Assembly: GCA_963845535.1 (NCBI GenBank)
Contig: CAWJSK010000010.1
Span: 1-45,600 of the forward strand
Reading direction: 5' to 3'
Source: an uncultured Spirochaetota bacterium
GTDB taxonomy: Bacteria; Spirochaetota; Spirochaetia; SZUA-6; Fen-1364
DNA length: 45,600 nucleotides
The translations under genes and the position numbers were made by a program. The notes beneath the pieces are model-generated. The model had not been told where the DNA came from. It worked only from the letters and a program-made list of their open reading frames with translations, and searched no databases. Shown here piece by piece: positions 1 through 6,944 of the stretch (its first letter is position 1; the number at the start of each line of letters is the position of its first letter).

Positions 1-449
1 TTGTAGTAGCACTATCGATTCCCACCGTCAGATACCACAAAGGCCCAAACTCTCGCAGTCACAGGCTTCTCTCCAGACATCAGCTCAGGCTTGCTTTCCG
101 CAGGACCCGCCATCAGGTGGTCGACCGGCATCTGTTTCGGATATCTTCTCTTCGCTCTCTCCCCGCAATTCCGCTCCTCCCAAAGATCTCTCCAATGCGG
201 GCGCGGGTTTCACCTATCTGCAGCCAAAGCAGTTTGCTTCGAAGGCTTCTCTGAGAGACTCTTTGAATGTGAACGCCGACAGCGCTTGAGCATTGCAGAT
301 CATCTGTTTGTGCAACCAAGGGGGATGGTCAAAGAAACCCTAGAAACCTAGGGCAGACCCAGCCCCGCGCCCCCTTGATTTCGGTGAGCAATCTTCCCCC
401 AAGGATTCATTGAAGACGGCGGTTTTTCTCAAGAATCTCAAGTAGGGCA
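1..449. other. ORF-less integron cassette A (partial), structured non-coding element homologous to cassette C
   Basis: Follows the R' core at 450-456 in array order. Colinear DNA similarity to 1751-2203 (e.g. GTCGACC..TTTCGGATAT.TTCTCTTCGC..GGGCGCGGG..GACTCTTT..CCTAG..CCTAGG.CAGAC). No reading frame is shared between the two copies. Confidence 0.75.
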
Positions 450-566
450 TCATAACATAGAGTTAAGCCGCCCCGCCGTATCACCCAACGGACAGGCCCA
501 CGATAGTCCACTGCAGTATCCGCACTCTAAGCCATTTAAGGGGTCGGCTTCAACGACTTGTTACGC
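450..566 (-). other. attC recombination site 1 (117 bp)
   Basis: Minus strand GCGTAAC-AAGTC-GTTGAAGC-CGACCCC ... GGGGCG-GCTTAAC-TCTAT-GTTATGA: R''/L''/L'/R' boxes with two extrahelical bases, like classical aadA-type attC. Confidence 0.92.
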
Positions 567-781
567 GCACCCACTACCTATCGCGGGGCGGGCCGTGCGG
601 TACAGCTATCACGGAGGCGCGTTGCCTTTGTGAGCTTGCAGTAGGCCCGCCTCATAGCTGAGCCTTGTAAGAACGGCTCCTTGCGCACGGACGGCAGGCA
701 CTACCGTGTGGTCACGGGCTTCTCAGGGATTTCTTCCCCCAACATTCTTCGAGCGTTGCAAAACGTACAAAAGTTAGTTGC
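567..781. other. ORF-less integron cassette B (332 bp including its attC)
   Basis: Bounded by GTTACACGCA / TGCGCGTAAC. No ORF of 60 aa or more lies wholly inside. Stems GGGGCGGGCC (585-594) / GGCCCGCCTC (644-653) and CCGTG..CACGG hairpins. Confidence 0.75.
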
Positions 782-898
782 GTGTAACATAGAGTTAAGC
801 CGCCCTGCCGTCCGAAGCCATGTAGCGGCCCAGTTTACCTTTCCCATGCCTCACTACAAGCCGGCCGTCCCAGGGTCGGCTTCAACGACTTGTTAGAC
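782..898 (-). other. attC recombination site 2 (117 bp)
   Basis: Minus strand GTCTAAC-AAGTC-GTTGAAGC-CGACCCTG ... CAGGGCG-GCTTAAC-TCTAT-GTTACAC; directly downstream of the stop codon of the 916-1599 ORF. Confidence 0.93.
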
Positions 899-915
899 GT
901 CATTCAGTCTTTCCA

Positions 916-1599
916 TCATTCCAATTCTGCAAGAGCTCCAGCAAATTCTCTTCGATATTTGTCATGAAAGTCTCTTAGTTCGGTTTGATGGTCAGGATCA
1001 GTTTCTTCCTGCTTGAAGATATCCAATAACTCATTCAGAATTCTTTCGGCATTCTTCTTATTACCAATTGCCAGATTCGAGTAGAACAAATACCTGTATG
1101 TGGGGATCGTTTTTGAATGCTTGTAGCGATTTTCCAGTAGTAAGTTCAAACTATGTGCGTCAAATGTGTCAAAGACTTGTTGCAGGTCCTTCGACAATTC
1201 TTCCATGATTTCTTTGGAACTGGCCGGAGCTACTGGTAAGGCCTGAAGAGTCTTTTCATCTGTTCGCCAAAACATGAAACCTTGGCCAAATGTGTACCAT
1301 TTGTCTCTTGGATTCTTAAGAAAGTGGCCAATTCGTTCGCTGAGGAGCCAAAAGCAAGGGTAAGCAAAGGAAGGTCTATCCCTAATGACTTGGAAATAGT
1401 CGTGGATCTCTATTCCTATGTTGAATGTGAACTTGCTCGATGAACGGGTGTTGTGGTCGCTTTTTTGAAACTGGAGTACGAGATCGTAGCTATCATACGG
1501 TTTGACGTAATAGTTTCCCTTCTTGGAAAAGCCTTGCTTCTTGAGAAACGGTCGCAGTAAATCCCTTTCGAACTGCTTTGTCTCCGCTATTGCGTCCAC
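916..1599 (-). CDS. Cassette-encoded DUF4304-like hypothetical protein
   Basis: 227 aa, GTG start with GGAGGAG RBS, fills the cassette between attC sites. N-terminal pattern LRPFLKKQGFSKKG...LQFQKS...FTFNIG resembles DUF4304 (recognised by eye, no search run). Confidence 0.75.
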   Translation of the reverse strand: MDAIAETKQFERDLLRPFLKKQGFSKKGNYYVKPYDSYDLVLQFQKSDHNTRSSSKFTFNIGIEIHDYFQVIRDRPSFAYPCFWLLSERIGHFLKNPRDKWYTFGQGFMFWRTDEKTLQALPVAPASSKEIMEELSKDLQQVFDTFDAHSLNLLLENRYKHSKTIPTYRYLFYSNLAIGNKKNAERILNELLDIFKQEETDPDHQTELRDFHDKYRREFAGALAELE

Positions 1600-1634
1600 A
1601 AGACTCCTCCGATGTGCAGCGGCTAACGAATGGC

Positions 1635-1750
1635 GTCTAACATAGAGTTCAGTTGCGCCGCCGTATCAGCTCAGCCCTACACGATTTTCAAGAGATGCAT
1701 CCAGGGATCGAGGCGGCTTTTAAGGCGACAACTGCAACGACTTGTTATGA
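1635..1750 (-). other. attC recombination site 3 (116 bp)
   Basis: Minus strand TCATAAC-AAGTC-GTTGCAGT-TGTCGCC ... GGCGCA-ACTGAAC-TCTAT-GTTAGAC; same spacers as attC1/2. Confidence 0.92.
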
Positions 1751-2203
1751 CGACCTCCCTGTGATGGCGGGGCCGAACCGCACTATATCCTTCACCGAAT
1801 GAAGAAACTTCCCCGCTCACCAAACTGCAGCCCCATGGCTTACCTATTTCATGCCCCGCCGTCACACAGTCGACCAGCTACGCTTTCGGATATATTCTCT
1901 TCGCCTTTTCCCCGTCACAGCTCAACTCCCAGCGATCTCTCTCATGAGGGCGCGGGTGCTGACGAATCCAGTGCCTAAACTGTCTGTGCCAACAGCAGCT
2001 ATGGAAGACTCTTTAGTATCATACACTCGCGACTGTGGGATCTTACAGATATCTCGTTTCGTAACGGCCTGCGCACTCAAAAACCAAGTCAACCCTAGGA
2101 TCCTAGGCAGACAAAATCCTGCGCCCTCTTTCTTTCGACGAGCAAATTGCCCTTTCTGACTTCCAATAGATTGCAGTTTTCGTGAAAGATCAAAAGTTGG
2201 GCG
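1751..2203. other. ORF-less integron cassette C (569 bp including its attC), candidate structured ncRNA/ssDNA element
   Basis: Bounded by GTTATGACG / CGTCATAAC. Long stems 1760-1773/1853-1866, 1946-1956/2118-2128 and 1981-1986/2108-2113. Homologous to cassette A. Confidence 0.78.
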
Positions 2204-2274
2204 TCATAACATAGAGTTCAGTTGCGCCGCCGTATCAGCTCAGCCTTATACAATTTTCAAGAGATGCATCCAAC
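2204..2274 (-). other. attC site 4, L'/R' half (interrupted by transposon)
   Basis: Nearly identical to 1635-1705 of attC3, then breaks off at CCAAC (2270-2274). Confidence 0.9.
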
Positions 2275-2330
2275 TGTCCGCTGCCGCGCTCTGGTTTGAG
2301 AAAGTAGGGGAATTTGCCGAATTGCTGTAG

Positions 2331-3047
2331 TTGGGGATTCCCGGAGGAAGGACGGGAAATCGGGAACGGTGTACTCTGTCGCGGAGGACCGTCCCCGACC
2401 CCCAAACCACTACAGTACTTATACTCGACGTTTCAGAGGAAAGCTATAACCCCGCCGAAGTGTGGGGTCGGTGGCTGAGACCGGCCCCTTCGTTGCGTTG
2501 CCCTGCCTGCGGAACTGAGGGCCGCCTCGATCGTCACGGCAGCTATCACAAGTACCACTTCCACAAACGGATCCGGATCGTGCGGGTGCGCTGTGGACAC
2601 TGTCGGCGCACTCACGCGCTGGTCCCCAGCTTCTCGCTGCCCGGGCTCTCCATCGGCAGCGCGGAGGCCGAGCGCTACCTGGCCGCACGGGAGGCGGGGG
2701 CGAGCCGCGGGTGTGCCGCCGGGGAGCTTCTGGCTTGTGGCATGAACCAGGGCTATCCCAAACGCTTGGAGCGAATGCTGGTCACGACGGTCACCCGTGG
2801 CAAGCCGCTGCTGGCTGCCCCGGGCACAGAGCGGCTACAAGGGCTTGCGTGGGTTCGTTCGGTGGTGGGCGATGTCGAGCACCCCCTGGTGGAGCTGAAT
2901 CGATTCGGCCTGGCGCATGGGGTCAACGGCATCTGCTTCTGCCGCGCTTCGATCTTGCTTTTCTGCCCCTCGGTTCGAAAAAGGCGGGTTTCACATAACA
3001 AGGGCACTGCCCAGGAGGAGAGCACCGCGGTAGCCTCAAGCCCGTGA
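2331..3047 (+). CDS. Transposon accessory Zn-ribbon protein (DUF6431-like); start uncertain
   Basis: CPACG...HGSY...RVRCGHCRRTHALVPSF motif; first gene of the transposon, upstream of the transposase. Confidence 0.75.
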   Translation: MGIPGGRTGNRERCTLSRRTVPDPQTTTVLILDVSEESYNPAEVWGRWLRPAPSLRCPACGTEGRLDRHGSYHKYHFHKRIRIVRVRCGHCRRTHALVPSFSLPGLSIGSAEAERYLAAREAGASRGCAAGELLACGMNQGYPKRLERMLVTTVTRGKPLLAAPGTERLQGLAWVRSVVGDVEHPLVELNRFGLAHGVNGICFCRASILLFCPSVRKRRVSHNKGTAQEESTAVASSP

Positions 3048-3071
3048 GAAGCAACGGCAAGGAGGCAGTGC

Positions 3072-4445
3072 ATGAACCGTGAGGAACGCGAGGCTCGGAG
3101 CAAAGAGATTGCGGCATTTCGCTATAGCCTGATCGCGGAGCTGGCCAACCCCTATCTGAACCGCGAGGAGCTACGGACGCTGATGCGGCAGAAAGCAGGG
3201 CGGGAGCATGAGATTCCCTTCCTGGGCAAGCGCACCTTGACGGAGAGCTGCCTACGCAAGTGGCTGACAGCCTATAAGGCTCGAGGCATGGAGGGCCTGA
3301 TGCCCAACCCCCGCCGAGACAGTGGCAGTTCCCGTGCGCTGAGCCCGCAGGAGACGGCGCTTCTGGTCACCGAGCTTGAGACTCACCCGGAGCTCACCGC
3401 GACGGCCGCCTTGAAGAAGTTGCAAGCCCAAGGCGGCATCCAGTCCCACCCTTCCAGCTCCTCCCTGTCGCGGCTTGTGCGCTCGGCGGGGTTGGATCGC
3501 GAGGGACGCCTGCGAGTGCACCAGCAGGAACAGACACTGCCCTTCGAGTTCTTTGCCCCCCTGGAATGCGTGCAGGTCGATTGCATGTACACCGTGGAAG
3601 TGCCTGACTCCAAGGGCAGGCTGCGCCAGGCGGTGCTGCTGGCATTCCTGGATGATGCCACCCGAAGGATTCTCTATGCCTGCTTCGGCTTCAGCGAGAA
3701 TGCACTGGCCTTCGAGTGCGGCATCAAACACGTGCTGGCCGCCCACGGCAAGATCGGACGCCTATACACAGATAACGGGGCGGGGTTTGTTTCGCTGCAA
3801 ACACGCCGCATCCTGGACATCCTGGGCATCGTGCTGGTGCACTCACGTCCCTACAGGCCCAAGGGACGTGGAAAGATCGAGCGCTTCTTCCGAACCGTAC
3901 GGCAACAATTTCTCAGCACCCACTGTGAATCACTGGCCAGCCTCCAGGACCTGGACGCACGGTTTCATACCTGGCTGGAAAGTGAGTACCACCGAAGCCC
4001 TCATCGCGGCATAGGCGGCAGGACCCCGCTGGAGTTGTGGCTGGAGAAGGCTCATCTGATCATTCCCATCGACCCCACGGTGAATCTCGATGAGCTTTTA
4101 AAGCACGAGGACATCCGCAAAGTACACAAGGATTCCACCGTTACCCTCCAGGGGGTGCTCTACGAGGTGGACTCCACTCTCATCGGCGAGCACATCCACC
4201 TGCGCTACGACGTCTCCATTCCTCCCCTGCGTCGCCGAGTCGAGGTCTTGCTTGACGGCAAGCCCCGTGGAGATGCCCGCATCGTGGATACCTACGCCAA
4301 TAGTCGCGTCCGACGCGCCTTCAACTCCGACCAGTTGGTTGTGGAACAGCACCCCAGCCAGTCTGCACAACCATCCGCCACACCGGTGAGTGCCTCTTTG
4401 GCGGCCTCTCGACTCCTCGATACCTCCAAGGAGCAGCGTTCATGA
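3072..4445 (+). CDS. DDE transposase (rve/Mu-TnsB-like, with N-terminal HTH)
   Basis: Motifs VQVDC, FLDDATR, LYTDNGAGF, GRGKIERFFRT, YHRSPHRGIGGRTP; AGGAGG RBS. Confidence 0.93.
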   Translation: MNREEREARSKEIAAFRYSLIAELANPYLNREELRTLMRQKAGREHEIPFLGKRTLTESCLRKWLTAYKARGMEGLMPNPRRDSGSSRALSPQETALLVTELETHPELTATAALKKLQAQGGIQSHPSSSSLSRLVRSAGLDREGRLRVHQQEQTLPFEFFAPLECVQVDCMYTVEVPDSKGRLRQAVLLAFLDDATRRILYACFGFSENALAFECGIKHVLAAHGKIGRLYTDNGAGFVSLQTRRILDILGIVLVHSRPYRPKGRGKIERFFRTVRQQFLSTHCESLASLQDLDARFHTWLESEYHRSPHRGIGGRTPLELWLEKAHLIIPIDPTVNLDELLKHEDIRKVHKDSTVTLQGVLYEVDSTLIGEHIHLRYDVSIPPLRRRVEVLLDGKPRGDARIVDTYANSRVRRAFNSDQLVVEQHPSQSAQPSATPVSASLAASRLLDTSKEQRS

Positions 4446-5245
4446 ACTGGAAAGAGATGCTCAGCTACTACAGCCTGACTCAGTTGCCCTTCGGCAAGGA
4501 GATCCCCACTGAGTCTCTGCAGCTTCTGCCATCGGTGGAGAACAATCTCGCTGCCGCCCGGCTTCTGGTCGACACGCACGGCATCGGAGTGATGGTCGGC
4601 AAATCGGGCACAGGCAAGAGCTGCCTCTTGCGCCTGCTGGTCTCCCGGCTGCCCGCAGGTCTTTTCAAACCCTTGTATCTCTGCCACACCTCTGTGGGGA
4701 TCCTGGAGTTCTACACCCACCTGTGCGCGCTTTTCGGTCTGTCCTCATCCTGCCGTCGCGCAGTCATGTTCCGCGACATCCAAGCCCACATCCTCTCGAT
4801 GAACAGTTCGCGTCACTTGCATCCGGTATTGCTCATCGATGAAGCGCACCTTTTGAGCAATGAGATTCTGGCTGAGATCCGACTGTTGACCAACTTCCAC
4901 ATCGACTCGCTCAACGCCCTGACGGTGATGCTCTGCGGAGCGGAGACCCTCTCGTTGCGCTTCGGCTTGTCTATGTTGGAAGCCCTGGCCAACTCCATCA
5001 CAGTGACCATTCCGCTGGAAGGACTCCCTCCTGAAGAGAGCATCAGCTTCATCGAAGGTCGTCTCAGCGCTTGTGGAGCACGGGCGCCTCTGTTTACCAA
5101 GAATGCCCTCACCCTCGTTCACCAGGCATCCGGCGGCATTCTTCGTACCATCGGTACCATCGCCAACGCCGCTCTTTTCAAGGCTTTCGTTGCCAAGAGC
5201 ACTCAAGTGGAAGCCGAGCATGTGCAGTCTGTGGTGCAACGATGA
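4442..5245 (+). CDS. AAA+ ATPase, ExeA/TnsC/MuB-like transposition helper
   Basis: Walker A GKSGTGKS, Walker B LLIDEAH; ATGA overlap with the transposase stop. Confidence 0.9.
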   Translation: MNWKEMLSYYSLTQLPFGKEIPTESLQLLPSVENNLAAARLLVDTHGIGVMVGKSGTGKSCLLRLLVSRLPAGLFKPLYLCHTSVGILEFYTHLCALFGLSSSCRRAVMFRDIQAHILSMNSSRHLHPVLLIDEAHLLSNEILAEIRLLTNFHIDSLNALTVMLCGAETLSLRFGLSMLEALANSITVTIPLEGLPPEESISFIEGRLSACGARAPLFTKNALTLVHQASGGILRTIGTIANAALFKAFVAKSTQVEAEHVQSVVQR

Positions 5246-5335
5246 GTCCTTTAAAGCGGGAATTCTATCCGTCAATTCGGCAAATACGCGCACGGGATCG
5301 TGAGAATCCCGCGGACCAGAGTGCGGCAGCTAACA

Positions 5336-5385
5336 CCAACGATTCAGACGGCCTCTAAGGCGACAACTGCAACGACTTGTTAGAG
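5336..5385 (-). other. attC site 4, R''/L'' half (after transposon)
   Basis: TAAGGCGACAACTGCAACGACTTGTTAGAG matches attC3; rejoining the halves gives 116 bp, the same as attC3. Confidence 0.9.
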
Positions 5386-5434
5386 CGCTTTGAATTGAAT
5401 CCATTTTTGCTATCTATTGCGAGATCGCTTAACG

Positions 5435-6139
5435 TCACTTTCTATATTTCTTCCACCACGCTTTGACGGCATTGGTAATGCTATCAACATACATCTCCCT
5501 TGAGTATTGTGTCTGAACTGGATGATAAGCATCTACGTAGATTCGGTCTTTTGAAGAATAAGTCACAATGACCTTGTGATCATGCTTTTCTAGTTCGTGC
5601 ATTCCAAGATCAGCAGAAAAGTAGCTAAGAGTATTCCCACCAATTACTACATTCGGTTCGCATGTCTCGATCTGCTTTAGCAGAATGTCTCGATTTTGAT
5701 CATACGCCTCTTCTAGTACTTCCCAAGGTGTTGATGTTGAACCAGGAAGTTTCTTGACGTTGATAAATGCAATTCGTTTCAATACTTGAGCCATTTCCGG
5801 GTCGTCAGTTATATCATCCATTTGATCGTATGATAAAAAGCCGTTTAGGATTCCATATGACACATAGATTATTGGTTGAAATGTCCTAGACTTGGCGAAA
5901 CTGATTCCATTTTTCCGAAATGCTTGGGCGAAACTCCAGCCACCCCCACTACTGTCAGGCTCGTCGTACGGTTCCTTTAGAATCCACAGTATCCGCATTT
6001 GCTCGCTATGGTACGTCGCAATATCAAAAATGCCGTCATAGATTGGCCATCCTTTTCCTTTCGGATCCACGCACCGTTTTTCGATCATCTTCTCAATTTG
6101 CTTGCAATTCTTTCGCAATGTTGCCACGTTTTGTCTCAT
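5435..6139 (-). CDS. Cassette-encoded hypothetical protein, probable uracil-DNA-glycosylase-like fold
   Basis: 234 aa from ATG 6139 with GAAGGGAG RBS. The longer ORF start at 6226 lies outside the cassette boundary at 6220. Motif order ILWILKEP, FINVKKLPG, QIETCEPNVVIGG, AYHP resembles the UDG superfamily. Confidence 0.7.
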   Translation of the reverse strand: MRQNVATLRKNCKQIEKMIEKRCVDPKGKGWPIYDGIFDIATYHSEQMRILWILKEPYDEPDSSGGGWSFAQAFRKNGISFAKSRTFQPIIYVSYGILNGFLSYDQMDDITDDPEMAQVLKRIAFINVKKLPGSTSTPWEVLEEAYDQNRDILLKQIETCEPNVVIGGNTLSYFSADLGMHELEKHDHKVIVTYSSKDRIYVDAYHPVQTQYSREMYVDSITNAVKAWWKKYRK

Positions 6140-6213
6140 TCTTTGTCTCCCTTCGACATGTCGGCCTATCGTTCCACTTTGGTCAATTGCACAAAGTTTC
6201 CCCGGACAAAGCG

Positions 6214-6240
6214 CTCTAACATTCATATTATGAGCTTTTC
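6214..6240 (-). other. Probable attI site (or degenerate attC) at head of array
   Basis: Minus strand GAAAAGCTCATAATATGAATG^TTAGAG: core GTT at the cassette boundary without the family attC L'/spacer sequence. Confidence 0.55.
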
Positions 6241-6746
6241 TCTCTAAAAGTCCTCCTCCCTCTTGTTAGGCAGCGAGCATATAACACGGCACGGAGGCGG
6301 ATTATGAAGTCCTTTCAGGGGAGGTCCTTCTAAAGACACGAACTCCGCCGGGCCGTTATCGCTAACGTTGCGACCTGCCAACTTCTGAGGTTCCATAAGC
6401 CCCCCTTTTGCATACTATATCTTACCCGCATATTGTGGGAGCCCCACCAAGACAAGCACAATCAAAAGCAGGAGAAGCACTTTCCCTTGCGTACCCCTTA
6501 TGCGCGCGGATCGATAGCCTGCAACTTGGGGGTACAAAAGCAGCGTTATGTTGCATTCTTTATCTCCACAATCTGCGTGAAATACGTGTCCTTGAGCTTT
6601 CGAGAAAGAGTGAACGCTGTGTCCAGGAAGGTAAGAACAAGGCTTTCCTTCAGGAAGACCTCATCGTTCCTTCACACTGAAGTTTTATCGTTTTTTCTCA
6701 GATCACTTTCAAATGCTCTCTTGCCACTGGCTCGTGGGCCCATTTC

Positions 6747-6768
6747 ATTGGTATCAAATTGGTATCAA
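6747..6768. repeat. Tandem 11-bp direct repeat ATTGGTATCAA x2, likely integrase arm-type sites
   Basis: Exact tandem copy ~130 bp from the tRNA-Asn fragment. Confidence 0.6.
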
Positions 6769-6793
6769 TTTTCTGAAAAGTGGGACTAAATCA

Positions 6794-6823
6794 GTTAAAA
6801 TGAGAAATGTTAAAATGAGAAAT
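6794..6823. repeat. Tandem 15-bp direct repeat GTTAAAATGAGAAAT x2
   Basis: Exact tandem copy near the island end. Confidence 0.7.
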
Positions 6824-6851
6824 TGACATAGCTTCTATTTCGTTGTACAGT
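6823..6851 (+). promoter_or_regulatory. Sigma70-type promoter candidate facing the tRNA-Asn fragment
   Basis: TTGACA-17 nt-TACAGT. Confidence 0.45.
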
Positions 6852-6897
6852 ATAGACAAGACAAAACCAGCGAAGTCGGGAAATTTGACCGGCTTGC

Positions 6898-6939
6898 CTG
6901 TTAACCACTAGGTCGCTGGTTCGAATCCGGCGAGGGGAG
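6898..6939 (+). pseudogene. 3' half of tRNA-Asn(GTT), probable island attachment site
   Basis: CTGTTAACCACTAGGTCGCTGGTTCGAATCCGGCGAGGGGAG has anticodon loop, T arm and 3' acceptor strand. The 5' anticodon-stem strand, D arm and 5' acceptor strand are absent. Confidence 0.85.
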
Positions 6940-6944
6940 AGTTG

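Larger units (their letters stand above)
2275..5335 (+). mobile_element. Three-gene DDE transposon (Mu/Tn7/IS21-like architecture), 3061 bp, inserted in attC4
   Basis: TG...CA ends; terminal IR TGTCCGCTGCCGCGCTCTGGT vs TGTTAGCTGCCGCACTCTGGT (18/21). Internal 13-bp IR ATTTGCCGAATTG at 2312-2324 and 5273-5285. 5-bp target duplication CCAAC at 2270-2274 and 5336-5340. Confidence 0.93.
1..6240 (-). mobile_element. Integron gene-cassette array (continues beyond left edge); no integron integrase in window
   Basis: Four homologous attC sites (450-566, 782-898, 1635-1750, 2204-5385 interrupted). Each complete cassette starts with GTT and ends with a complementary ...AAC, e.g. GTTAGAGCGCTTTG / CAAAGCGCTCTAAC and GTTAGACGCCATTC / GAATGACGTCTAAC. 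Both cassette ORFs are on the minus strand. Confidence 0.92.

Noticed and set aside
91..351. ORFs 91-351 (+), 113-319 (-) and 1851-2159 (+) as real genes
   Set aside because: The homologous DNA in cassettes A and C is read in different frames (FGYLLFA vs FRIYSLR), with no RBS or recognisable motif.
450..2274. CRISPR array interpretation of the recurring TAACATAGAGTT / CAACGACTTGTTA motifs
   Set aside because: Units are 116-117 bp imperfect palindromes separated by ~200-750 bp including whole genes, with R/L boxes and no cas genes; they are attC sites.
6140..6226. Longer 263-aa start for the UDG-like gene
   Set aside because: The ATG at 6226 lies outside the cassette boundary (6220), while ATG 6139 has a good RBS.
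6408..6789. Plus-strand ORFs upstream of the array as an intI remnant
   Set aside because: No tyrosine-recombinase motifs and too short.
6860..6939. Complete tRNA-Asn gene
   Set aside because: Sequence 5' of the anticodon loop cannot form the anticodon stem, D arm or acceptor stem.
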